A DNA stretch of 62,498 nt, filler included. It is 5 parts of 5 records of this genome, joined end to end, with 100 filler letters (N's around TTAATTAATTAA, not from the genome) between each part and the next. Parts side by side here need not be neighbours in the genome. Positions count along the whole stretch, not along the records: positions 1 to 24,729 come from DRR723986_7728; 4 more parts are not named here. The stretch is one strand, 5' to 3'. Numbering within the stretch: the first letter of the stretch is position 1; every line of letters begins with the position of its first letter. This document shows positions 1 to 9,246 of the stretch, piece after piece. The position numbers and the translations under genes are program-made. The notes beneath the pieces were generated by a model that worked only from the letters and a program-made list of their open reading frames with translations, had not been told where the DNA came from and made no database searches.

Positions 1-32
1 GGTATCGAGGGTTCGAATCCCTTCCTCTCTAC
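1..32 (+). tRNA. 3' part of a tRNA (probably tRNA-Ser), truncated by window start
   Basis: T-arm GAGGG-TTCGAAT-CCCTT followed by acceptor strand CCTCTCT; the anticodon is outside the window, so identity is inferred from resemblance to Bacteroidota tRNA-Ser 3' ends. Confidence 0.7.
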
Positions 33-37
33 ATTTA

Positions 38-67
38 AAAGCCAGCTTTAGTAATAAAGCTGGCTTT
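38..67. terminator. intrinsic terminator between tRNA and convergent sqr
   Basis: AAAGCCAGCTTTA-GTAA-TAAAGCTGGCTTT perfect inverted repeat. Confidence 0.8.
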
Positions 68-208
68 ATCTATTACATCTTATCCCAGCAAAAAAATGGA
101 TGAGTTGGGCCCTCGGGTTTGGGATAGACTATTTCAAGTATCGTGAGATCCTGTTTGGCATGGTAGTGGTTTGGGTAAAGTGAGCCGTTGCAAATAGTTT
201 TACCGTTA

Positions 209-1516
209 TTATACATCTTTTCCCTTCAGCATTTTATTCCAATAAAGGTAAGGAAGCCCGTATTTTTTCAGCATCCATAGACGCCAGTGCTCTTTTGAGC
301 TATCTGTAATTAGCATGGATTTTAGTTTGGGGTCAGGGGTGAAATTGTTTTTGTAGTCAAACTCCGCCAAAACCATTTTTCCATAATCTGTTACAAGAGG
401 GCAGGAAGAATATCCATTGTAAGACTTGGTTCCCATCTGATGGTGCGAAATCAAAAGTGCGATGTTATCGACTACTATTGGGACTTGTTTTCTGATAGCT
501 GCACCAGTTTTTGCAGTTGGTAGGGCAGCTACATCTCCGAGACCGAATATGTTAGGGTGTTTCTTATGCTGCAGCGTGTGGATGTCTACGTCTAGCCATT
601 TGGAATCGTTGACTAGTGGAGATTCTTGGATGAATTTTGGGGCTGTTTGTGGTGGCGCCGTATGAATCATGTCATAATGAATGCCATATAAATTCCCTTT
701 TACAGAGACTTTGACATCTTTGTAATTGTATTGGAAGTCTTTGTCAAGTAGATTCTTGTCTTCAGGTTTGGTCATAATTATGCATCCACCTTCCGATATC
801 TCCTTGTTGAGCTCATACCAGGCTATTTGTTTCTCAGCATCTATGCTTACTAACTTATGGTGGAATCGAAGGTTGATATCTTTTCTGTCAACAACTTTCA
901 TTAGGGTTTCTGCAATTTCTTTTACTCCAAATATGATTGTGCCTGGAGTGGCAAAGATTACATTGGTTTTGTCGCGGACGCCAGATTTTCTAAAATAGCT
1001 CTCCGCCAAATACATTATTTTCTGAGGTGCTCCCCCACATTTAATTGGAGTTGCCGGTTGAGTGAATAAAGCAGTTCCTCCTTTGAAGTTTTTAATTACT
1101 TCCCATGTGTGGTTCGGATCAGTGTAATTGCTACATACTACCCCTTTGTCCAATGCATCTCCCAGCCCTTTTACTAGGCTGTTATCATTTACTAGACCTG
1201 GAGCCACGACTAAATAATCATAAGTTATGTCCCCACCATTTTTGGTGTGGACCAAATTGTTTTCAGGTTCAAAGCCGGTAGCCCTATCCTTTATCCATAC
1301 GGCATCTTTTGGGATCACATCAGCCATTGGCTTGGCAGTACTATCGAAATCGTAGGTGCCCGCTCCTACCAAAGTCCAAGCAGGTTGATAAAAATGGGTG
1401 CTTGCAGGCTCGATGATGGCTATATCTTTGAGATTCTTTTGCTTGATAAATTGAGCAGCTGTCATAATACCAGCAGTGCCACCACCAATGATTAGGATTT
1501 GATAATGTGATTTCAT
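209..1516 (-). CDS. sqr: sulfide:quinone oxidoreductase (type II-like)
   Basis: GGGTAG FAD-binding motif, HFYQPAWTLVGAG, IKCGGAPQKIMYL and YNGYSSCPLVT with the two catalytic Cys, AEFDY. Confidence 0.88.
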   Translation of the reverse strand: MKSHYQILIIGGGTAGIMTAAQFIKQKNLKDIAIIEPASTHFYQPAWTLVGAGTYDFDSTAKPMADVIPKDAVWIKDRATGFEPENNLVHTKNGGDITYDYLVVAPGLVNDNSLVKGLGDALDKGVVCSNYTDPNHTWEVIKNFKGGTALFTQPATPIKCGGAPQKIMYLAESYFRKSGVRDKTNVIFATPGTIIFGVKEIAETLMKVVDRKDINLRFHHKLVSIDAEKQIAWYELNKEISEGGCIIMTKPEDKNLLDKDFQYNYKDVKVSVKGNLYGIHYDMIHTAPPQTAPKFIQESPLVNDSKWLDVDIHTLQHKKHPNIFGLGDVAALPTAKTGAAIRKQVPIVVDNIALLISHHQMGTKSYNGYSSCPLVTDYGKMVLAEFDYKNNFTPDPKLKSMLITDSSKEHWRLWMLKKYGLPYLYWNKMLKGKDV

Positions 1517-1572
1517 GATTTTTAGGGTCTATTAAATTCAGACCAATCTAAATCTATATCACACAATAAAAG

Positions 1573-1586
1573 GTAACATTTGTTAC
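1573..1586. promoter_or_regulatory. palindromic operator upstream of sqr (Crp/Fnr-like spacing)
   Basis: GTAAC-ATTT-GTTAC, 57 nt upstream of the sqr start; regulator identity is inference. Confidence 0.5.
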
Positions 1587-1889
1587 ATAAGAAGCTTTTT
1601 GAAAAAGTGACTCAACAAATATGCGTTGATAGGGGGCAATTTGAATTGGTTCATCAAAGTATTCGCATTTTTTTAATTCGTCTATAGCACAACCGTGGTC
1701 TTTTAGGCTTTTTGATATTTTATACTAAGTTTTTTTTTTCTAACCATTCCCATGTTTTTAGAGAGGCAGAGTTAGTTGTGGATTGCGGTTAGAGAACGTA
1801 GTAAATTCACTCATTTCCGCTTTCGGGTCATTCACTTGGTATTTTCCTTAGCTCGTCGGAATCCATTTCTTCGACTCCTAGCTCATGAG

Positions 1890-1897
1890 TAGGTTTG
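1890..1897 (+). promoter_or_regulatory. Bacteroidota -7 promoter element of the orf-lytS-lytTR operon
   Basis: TAGGTTTG matches TAnnTTTG; imperfect direct repeats upstream (ATTCACT at 1805 and 1830, GCTCGTC at 1851) resemble LytTR boxes. Confidence 0.55.
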
Positions 1898-1925
1898 AAC
1901 ATCAATTAAAACAAACACTACTCAC

Positions 1926-2666
1926 ATGAACAAGGAACTTATCTTTCTTAGAACTTTTGCTGTCACCACAGGATTGGCCGTTTCCACCATTCTATTTTCT
2001 TCATTTCGGGAGAATGGAAATCAAACCTTCGAAACCATTGATGTGCAAAGAATTAATATCGTTGAGGCAGATGGAACTGTCAAGATGATCGTGACCAATG
2101 CCGGGCTTTTCCCTAATGGTACAGATCAAATCAACGGTAGAAACACGAATTCCGACCGGAAAAAACGTGCGGGAATGTTGTTCTTCAACGAAGATGGGAT
2201 AGAATGCGGTGGCTTAATCTACGATGGAGAAAAAAAGGAAAATGGGCATAGTTCTGGGCTTTCTTTGACGTTTGATCAGTACGACGGTGATCAGGTGATG
2301 CAATTGTTGACGACTGATTCCCAGCGGGGTGATGAGCGATTTGTAAGTTCCAGTTTGGTTTTTAATGATCGTCCTGCCAAAGAATCTCAAGAGAAAACCA
2401 GAGAAATCATGGCTGAACTCTCAACATTACGAGCTTCTGACCCAGAAGCATTTAAAGCCAAATACGCGGAATACCAAAAAATGGAGCTGCTCGGTGGAGC
2501 GCCAAGAATTATGCTTGGAAAGTCTAGAAGTCAAAACAACGGACTATTTTTGTTTGACGACCAGGGGAGGCCTAGGGCTATGTTTTACCTAGATAAGGAG
2601 AATAATCCAAAGCTGGAGGCTTTCGACGCCGAAGGTAATGTAACCAGCACTTGGCCAGAAAAATAA
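1926..2666 (+). CDS. exported hypothetical protein, co-transcribed with the LytS/LytTR pair
   Basis: 246-aa ORF with N-terminal hydrophobic segment and beta-hairpin-rich body (RINIVEADGT; LFLFDDQGRPR). Confidence 0.8.
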   Translation: MNKELIFLRTFAVTTGLAVSTILFSSFRENGNQTFETIDVQRINIVEADGTVKMIVTNAGLFPNGTDQINGRNTNSDRKKRAGMLFFNEDGIECGGLIYDGEKKENGHSSGLSLTFDQYDGDQVMQLLTTDSQRGDERFVSSSLVFNDRPAKESQEKTREIMAELSTLRASDPEAFKAKYAEYQKMELLGGAPRIMLGKSRSQNNGLFLFDDQGRPRAMFYLDKENNPKLEAFDAEGNVTSTWPEK

Positions 2667-2712
2667 GATAATCAGACGGTGGTAGATATCTACCACCGCA
2701 TACTTTTCACAC

Positions 2713-3750
2713 ATGAAGCAACTTTTACACAGATTACAGTTATCGCCGGGTTTTCTACTTTTTATAGTTGCTTTTGCGTATTTAGATTCCATCAAGTCTA
2801 GGGTAGCTCCTGGTCAACTAGTGAATGCCTACACTTTTACCCCGGAGGCAGTATTTGTCGCGATTTTCAATATCTTCCTTATAGTCTTAGTGCTTCGCTT
2901 TTCCTTCAAGCATATTCATGGGGATCAGTTTCCTTTGAACTGGAAGCGGGGAGGACTTAGTTTTTTGACAGGTTTAGTTCTCTGGGTTTTGCTGAGTAAT
3001 GTGATGGCATTTTTGTTCTCTTGGACTTTCGGTACCATTGATCGCAACTTTCTGCCTGAGTTAATAATTAGCTCCAATCTTAACTATATCCTCAATTTTA
3101 TTATTTACGGAGGCTTTTATTTTGCCTATTTATTGTTTCAAAAGTATCAATCACATCAACAGGTGCTTACTGCCTACGAGGTAGCGTTTGCGGATTCGAC
3201 TATTCAGCAATTGAAACAGCAGCTGAATCCTCACTTTTTATTCAATAACCTGAATGTTTTGGATCAATTGATTGAAGAAGATCCTAAAACAGCTTCTAGG
3301 TTTCTCCATGATTTTGCTGATATATATCGCTATGCCTTGGATACCTCAGATCGAAAACTTGTCACCTTAGCCGAAGAAGTTGATTTTGCCAAGAATTACT
3401 TCCGGCTGCTTAGCCAGAAGTTTGGAAACGGGTACCAGCTTTCTATAGCTCTTACTGGCGGGGAGTATCAGCTTCCTCCGCTCAGTTTACAGCTTTTGGT
3501 AGAAAATGCGGTGCTTCACAACCATGCAAGAGCGGATTTTCCAATTGCTATTCAAGTGACTCAAACAGATTCTATTCTGACAGTTATCAATACAAAAAGC
3601 CCCTATAAATATAAAAAGAAAGGAAATGGGAAAGGTTTGGATAACCTTAAAAAGCAATTTCAATTACTGAGTACACAAGAAATAACTATTGAAGAAAGTG
3701 AGGCATTATTTACAGTTAGGTTGCCCTTGATTAAGTCAAAAAATATATGA
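2713..3750 (+). CDS. LytS/YehU-family sensor histidine kinase
   Basis: N-terminal TM helices, H-box QLNPHFLFNNLN, PPLSLQLLVENA, GNGKGLDN. Confidence 0.92.
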   Translation: MKQLLHRLQLSPGFLLFIVAFAYLDSIKSRVAPGQLVNAYTFTPEAVFVAIFNIFLIVLVLRFSFKHIHGDQFPLNWKRGGLSFLTGLVLWVLLSNVMAFLFSWTFGTIDRNFLPELIISSNLNYILNFIIYGGFYFAYLLFQKYQSHQQVLTAYEVAFADSTIQQLKQQLNPHFLFNNLNVLDQLIEEDPKTASRFLHDFADIYRYALDTSDRKLVTLAEEVDFAKNYFRLLSQKFGNGYQLSIALTGGEYQLPPLSLQLLVENAVLHNHARADFPIAIQVTQTDSILTVINTKSPYKYKKKGNGKGLDNLKKQFQLLSTQEITIEESEALFTVRLPLIKSKNI

Positions 3751-4523
3751 TTCGAGTAGTGATAGTGGAAGATGAGCTTCCTGCGAGAAATAAGATCAGA
3801 CGCTTTCTGAACAATCTAACAGAGGAAGTGCAAGTGGTGGGAGAATGTGATTCTGTGGAATCTGCTGTGGCTTTTTTCGAGCAGGGACCTACAGTGGACC
3901 TGTTGATTTCTGATATAGAACTGCTGGATGGAAATGCTTTTCAGATCTTTCGGGAAGTTACGCTTTCTTGTCCAATTATTTTTACCACCGCGTATAGTCA
4001 GTTTTGGATGCAAGCCTTTGAGACCAATGGCATTGAGTATTTGTTAAAGCCATTTGATTTTGAGCGGTTTCAAAAGGCTTGGAATAAATTTAAGCTTCTT
4101 AGTAATACAAGTGACTCTCAAGCCGAAGCTATGTTGAAATTAGCTCAACTTTTCGAAGGTAAGTTGGCCACTAAGCCTGTGCATAAGAGTCGGTGGATTA
4201 TTCCATATGCCAAAGGATCTTATCTGTTGGCTAGTGATGAAATCAGTTACTTTTCTGCTGAAAACGGAGTGGTTTGGGCTTATGACCAGCAAGGAAAGCG
4301 TCATTTGCTCCAAGAAGCTACGCTCAAAGTTGTTGAAAATCAACTGGACGTTTCACAGTTTTTCCGAATCAACAGAGGCCAACTGATCCATCAGAAATAT
4401 GTGGAGCGTATTGAGCGATACAGTAAAAATGCCGTGTCAGTAAAAATGAAGGGTGCAGAAAACCTGCTAATGTGCAGCCAAAGCGCTACACCTGCTTTTA
4501 TGAATTGGATATCCACGGGTTGA
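3747..4523 (+). CDS. LytTR-family response regulator
   Basis: Receiver (IVEDE, SDIEL, FTTAY, LKP) plus LytTR FFRINRGQLI; ATGA overlap with the kinase. Confidence 0.93.
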   Translation: MIRVVIVEDELPARNKIRRFLNNLTEEVQVVGECDSVESAVAFFEQGPTVDLLISDIELLDGNAFQIFREVTLSCPIIFTTAYSQFWMQAFETNGIEYLLKPFDFERFQKAWNKFKLLSNTSDSQAEAMLKLAQLFEGKLATKPVHKSRWIIPYAKGSYLLASDEISYFSAENGVVWAYDQQGKRHLLQEATLKVVENQLDVSQFFRINRGQLIHQKYVERIERYSKNAVSVKMKGAENLLMCSQSATPAFMNWISTG

Positions 4524-4631
4524 AGGGATTCCCTTTAATTTTCATTAAAATTTTGAATTAAAGTAGCCTCAATTTGGGGCTTGGGGTAAATACTTAACGG
4601 AGGCATTTGAACTTTTATATAAATTCAAGCT

Positions 4632-6218
4632 ATGGCAAAATTAAAAATTGACAAAATTAGGTTTTTGTCGGTGATGCTTCTACTTGGCGTTCCGGCAATT
4701 TTGCTTTCAAATCGTTCGTATGGACAGGAGACAAATTCTCATGAATCTTCTGAGGTGCCAATACAAATAAATTTGACCTCTAATGCGAGGTACCAGTTGA
4801 TAGAGCATTTTGGAGCTTCGGATGCTTGGTCTACCCAGTTCGTAGGGCTATGGCCGGATCAAAAGAAAAATGCTATCGCAGAACTTCTTTTCAGTATGGA
4901 AAATGATAGAGAAGGAAATCCAAAAGGAATAGGCCTTTCCCTTTGGAGATTTAATATAGGTGCAGGAAGTGCGGAGCAAGGCAAAGAGAGTGGGATTCGT
5001 GATGAGTGGAGGAGAGCAGAATCTTTTTTGAGTGAAGATGGATCCTATGATTGGTCCAAACAGGCAGGACAGGTTTGGTTTGCTAATTCTGCCAAAGCTT
5101 TTGGCATTTCTAAACTGTTAGTATTTCCCAATAGCCCTCCTGTTTCAATGACGAAAACAGGGAAAGCTTACGCTAAAGATGGACAGCCAAACCTGGCTGA
5201 AGAACAGTTTGGAGAGTTTGCGAATTACTTGGTGGAGGTAGTTAAAGGTCTTTCAAAGAAAGGGCTGTCGGTTGATTACATTAGTCCAGTTAATGAGCCA
5301 CAATGGGATTGGTCAGATGGAGGTCAAGAAGGAACCCCATTTTGGAATGATCAAATAGCAGCAATCGTAAGAGAATTAAATTCTGGATTGGGTGATAATA
5401 ATCTATCCGCGAAAATTGACGTTGCCGAAGCAGGTAAAATTAACTACTTGTATTCCCAGGCTGATAAAAGTGGGCGTGGGGATCAGATAAATACTTTTTT
5501 TAACCCAGAATCTCCCAACTTTATTGGTGGTTTGGATAATGTAAGTCAAAGTATTTCTGCACATAGCTATTTTACTACCTCCCCCTATAAATCGGCAATA
5601 AGTACAAGAGAAAGCCTTAATTCTACCTTAGAAAAATTTGCCGGGCTAAATTATTGGATGAGTGAGTACTGCATTCTTGGAGACAACGCAGGGGAAATCA
5701 ATGGAAATGGGAGAGATTTAGGCATAGATCCGGCACTTTATTTAGCTAGGGTTATTCATAATGATTTGACAGTGTCGAATGCTAGCGCATGGCATTGGTG
5801 GCTTGCCATTTCTCCTTACAACTATAAAGACGGATTAATTTATATTGATAAGCAGAAAGATGACGGTAATTTCTATGAGAGTAAAATGCTTTGGGCTTTA
5901 GGTAACTATAGTAGATTTATTAGGCCTGGTTTTCAGAGAATCTCCTTAGAAATCACTAATAATCAACTGCAAGGCTCAGAGCTATTAATATCGGCCTATC
6001 AATCCCAGAATAAACGTGAGACTGTTTTAGTAATCGTGAATTCTAGTAGCAAACCAGTGACAGTAAGGCTAACTGAAGATGAGCTACCTAAATTGCTTGA
6101 CAGTGTTTACGTCACCTCAGAGACTAGCAATTTAGAGTTTATAGAGAAGGAGGGAGTGAATGAAGGAAGTTTTCAATTAATCCCGGCACGGTCTATTGTT
6201 ACTTTGATTGCCAATTAA
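4632..6218 (+). CDS. secreted glycoside hydrolase family 30
   Basis: Signal peptide; FGASDAW, GLSLWRFNIGAG, SPVNEP (acid/base), WMSEY (nucleophile), GNYSRFIRPG. Confidence 0.88.
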   Translation: MAKLKIDKIRFLSVMLLLGVPAILLSNRSYGQETNSHESSEVPIQINLTSNARYQLIEHFGASDAWSTQFVGLWPDQKKNAIAELLFSMENDREGNPKGIGLSLWRFNIGAGSAEQGKESGIRDEWRRAESFLSEDGSYDWSKQAGQVWFANSAKAFGISKLLVFPNSPPVSMTKTGKAYAKDGQPNLAEEQFGEFANYLVEVVKGLSKKGLSVDYISPVNEPQWDWSDGGQEGTPFWNDQIAAIVRELNSGLGDNNLSAKIDVAEAGKINYLYSQADKSGRGDQINTFFNPESPNFIGGLDNVSQSISAHSYFTTSPYKSAISTRESLNSTLEKFAGLNYWMSEYCILGDNAGEINGNGRDLGIDPALYLARVIHNDLTVSNASAWHWWLAISPYNYKDGLIYIDKQKDDGNFYESKMLWALGNYSRFIRPGFQRISLEITNNQLQGSELLISAYQSQNKRETVLVIVNSSSKPVTVRLTEDELPKLLDSVYVTSETSNLEFIEKEGVNEGSFQLIPARSIVTLIAN

Positions 6219-6886
6219 TTTAGTTGGTATTTGCAAGCCACACCAGCAATTACTCGTTCCAATTATTATAGGATCACAGAAATTAATAGAGTTTGGTAAT
6301 AAAACTACGTTTTAAATTGAGGCGTTTTCTTTTGATTTCATCTGGGCTTGGTTAAAAGATTTATTAATTCTTAAAATCAATAATTAGAGGAGAACGAGCA
6401 TGGTAGTACAAAGTTGGATAGTAGGATCACCCTTGAATTGTAAGGAGAGTTCATTAATATATTTAAACTTTGTTAATTACAATGATGAGAATAGTTAGTT
6501 TCTTCTAAGATTTTTGCAACTTATAGTCTATTAGAAAATTACTTTGTGGACCATTTGTGAAATGTTTCAGTGTGTAATAATCGTTTAGTGAGTGTTTTCT
6601 AAATAAAAAGAAGAAAGCTTGGCTCTCTGATACATTTTAATTTTTCTTTCTGAGAAAAAATAAGAACCTTACCATCGAGTTTTGGAGATATGTGATCTTT
6701 TAAAATGTAAAAGGAAATACGTCCGTTCGTGTAAAAGCTTGCTTAATCCTGAGATATAAGCCTGATTTTTCACAAAATTCTAAAAGAGTCGTTTGTTTTT
6801 TGAATTTAAAAAATGATAACTTTAAAACTCGATTCTAGAGTAGAAACCATTTAACCTTTATCAAAAGTCTATTTAAAATCCACATT

Positions 6887-7693
6887 ATGAGAAAGTTAAT
6901 CGCTTTGTTCATGCTTGCAGGCATCCTTTTCGCACCTGTCATCGCTAACGCACAAGATGCAGAAGATACCGCAGCACAAGAAGAAACAACCCCAGTAGCA
7001 GTTGAGCCTGCTGCATCTCCTACAATTGTTGACGATGAAATCGTTGAAGAGGAGCTAAGTTTCCACCAAGTTGTAAAAGAGAAGTTCATCGAAGGTGATC
7101 CTCTTTACATGACCCCAGTATTGATCTGTTTGATCTTGGGTCTTGCTGTTGCATTGGAAAGAATCATCACCCTGAACCTTTCTACGACCAACACTAAGAA
7201 ATTGTTGACTAAAGTGGAAGATGCTCTTGAATCAGGAGGAGTAGAAGCGGCTAAAGATGTTACTAAAAACACTAAAGGTCCAGTAGCTTCTATCTTTACT
7301 CAAGGTTTGATGAGATACTCAGAAGGAATCGAAATGGTAGAGAAGTCTATTATTTCTTACGGTTCTGTAGAAATGGGTAGATTGGAAAAAGGTCTAGTTT
7401 GGATCTCCCTTTTCATCTCTCTTGCTCCAATGTTGGGCTTCATGGGTACAGTAATTGGTATGATCGGTGCATTTGATTCTATCGAAGCAGCTGGTGATAT
7501 CTCTCCATCTCTAGTTGCGGGTGGTATTAAAATCGCCCTTTTGACTACAGTTGCTGGTTTGATCGTAGCGATCATCCTACAGTTGTTCTACAACTATTGT
7601 GTAGCTAAAATTGATTCTTTGGTTAATGACATGGAAGATGCTTCCATTACATTGGTTGACATCTTGGTTAAGCACAAATTGACTGGAAAGTAA
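6887..7693 (+). CDS. exbB: MotA/TolQ/ExbB proton channel protein
   Basis: APMLGFMGTVIGMI, AGGIKIALLTTVAGL. Confidence 0.92.
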   Translation: MRKLIALFMLAGILFAPVIANAQDAEDTAAQEETTPVAVEPAASPTIVDDEIVEEELSFHQVVKEKFIEGDPLYMTPVLICLILGLAVALERIITLNLSTTNTKKLLTKVEDALESGGVEAAKDVTKNTKGPVASIFTQGLMRYSEGIEMVEKSIISYGSVEMGRLEKGLVWISLFISLAPMLGFMGTVIGMIGAFDSIEAAGDISPSLVAGGIKIALLTTVAGLIVAIILQLFYNYCVAKIDSLVNDMEDASITLVDILVKHKLTGK

Positions 7694-7749
7694 TCCATCA
7701 ATTTTGTTGAACCTGAATATAAACGTTAACCTCAAAGAAAAACTACATT

Positions 7750-8079
7750 ATGGATACTTATGACATCTTATTATACGGAAGTTACATCCTAATCGCAGTT
7801 GGTGCTGTAGTGGCTGTTTTAATGCCATTAATCAAGTCTTTGGATAATCCAAAAAGCTTGCTTAAAACTGCAGTGGGAATTGTTGGTATAGTTGTATTGT
7901 TCTTCATAGCTTATTCAATTTCAAGCAATGAAGTACTTCCAAAATTTGAAGCTTCTCCATTTAACTTGACTCCTGCGGGATCTCAATTAGTTGGCGGAAT
8001 GCTTATAACCACCTACATTCTTGCAATCGTTGCTTTAGCGAGTATCGTATTGACAGAATTGAATAAAGCGATAAAGTAA
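7750..8079 (+). CDS. small 3-TM membrane protein of the Bacteroidota exbBD operon
   Basis: Three hydrophobic segments; lies between exbB and exbD. Confidence 0.8.
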   Translation: MDTYDILLYGSYILIAVGAVVAVLMPLIKSLDNPKSLLKTAVGIVGIVVLFFIAYSISSNEVLPKFEASPFNLTPAGSQLVGGMLITTYILAIVALASIVLTELNKAIK

Positions 8080-8080
8080 T

Positions 8081-8716
8081 ATGGCCAGAAAGAAAAATAG
8101 AATGAGTACGGAGGTCAATGCAGGCTCTATGGCAGATATTGCTTTCCTGCTACTGATCTTCTTTCTCGTCACCACTACGATCGCATCGGATAAGGGTATA
8201 TTGAATATTCTACCTCCGAAGCTTGATCCGGATAATCCTCCTCCGAAAATTGATTTGAATGAGCGAAATATCTACACTATTCTACTTAATGCTAACGATC
8301 AATTGTTGGTAGAGGGTGAGTTCAGAGATAATCCTGATGGGTTAGATGAAGATATTAAGGCATTCATCTTGAATTTTGGTGCTCCAGATGAAGAGGGAAA
8401 AGCGCTTTATAATACGCTTCCTGCTTCTTTGAAAGCCTTGTCCGCAAAACTACCTGAGTCTTCAGATGATCCAGGAGAGGCAGTTGTTTCGATAAAAACT
8501 GACCGTGGTACCAGTTATGATAAATACCTAGAAGTATTTGATTTAGCTAAAAAGGCATACTTTGATATTTATGCTGCTAGAGTTAACCTAAGTACAGACG
8601 AGTATAGAGCCTTGACTGGTAAAAATGATGCTGAAGTAAGTTTACAGGATAAAGGCAAGGAAGGAATTCCAATGGCTATATCTATTGCAGAACCTAATAA
8701 GATAGGAGGAAATTAA
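8081..8716 (+). CDS. exbD: ExbD/TolR family protein
   Basis: SMADIAFLLLIFFLVTT TM segment with the conserved Asp. Confidence 0.9.
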   Translation: MARKKNRMSTEVNAGSMADIAFLLLIFFLVTTTIASDKGILNILPPKLDPDNPPPKIDLNERNIYTILLNANDQLLVEGEFRDNPDGLDEDIKAFILNFGAPDEEGKALYNTLPASLKALSAKLPESSDDPGEAVVSIKTDRGTSYDKYLEVFDLAKKAYFDIYAARVNLSTDEYRALTGKNDAEVSLQDKGKEGIPMAISIAEPNKIGGN

Positions 8717-8717
8717 A

Positions 8718-9182
8718 ATGGGAAAGTTCGGAAAGAAAAATAAAGTCTCGGAGAATATCCCAACCTCAGCGTTACCGGATATTATCTTTATGCTTCTCTT
8801 CTTTTTCATGGTTACAACTGTGTTAAGAGATCAGGAGATATTGGTGGAGCAGAAAATTCCTCAAGCTACCCAGCTTCAAAAGCTTCAGAAAAAGACGCTT
8901 ATTTCTTATATCTTCATTGGTAAGCCTAAGAATACAGCTCTTTATGGTACAGAGCCAAGAGTTCAAGCGAATGATGCTTTGTTGAATACCCCTGACATTG
9001 TTCAGTGGGTGAATCAAGAGCGTGATTTGCTTCCTGAATCTGATCGTGGCTTGATTACGATCTCCATGAAAGCTGATAGAGATGTGAAAATGGGTCCTAT
9101 TTCTGATGTTCAAACTGAACTAAGAGAGGCAGATGCTAGAAGAATTCTTTACGCTTCTACAGGCAAAGTAAATAAAGATTAA
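8718..9182 (+). CDS. exbD: ExbD/TolR family protein (second copy)
   Basis: ALPDIIFMLLFFFMVTT; KADRDVKMG. Confidence 0.9.
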   Translation: MGKFGKKNKVSENIPTSALPDIIFMLLFFFMVTTVLRDQEILVEQKIPQATQLQKLQKKTLISYIFIGKPKNTALYGTEPRVQANDALLNTPDIVQWVNQERDLLPESDRGLITISMKADRDVKMGPISDVQTELREADARRILYASTGKVNKD

Positions 9183-9202
9183 ATTATTCTATTGAATATA
9201 TT

Positions 9203-9236
9203 AAAGCTATCCCGATTTCCGGGATAGCTTTTTTTT
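9203..9236 (+). terminator. intrinsic terminator of the exbBD operon
   Basis: AAAGCTATCCCG-loop-CGGGATAGCTTT followed by a T run. Confidence 0.85.
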
Positions 9237-9246
9237 GTAGTTATAT

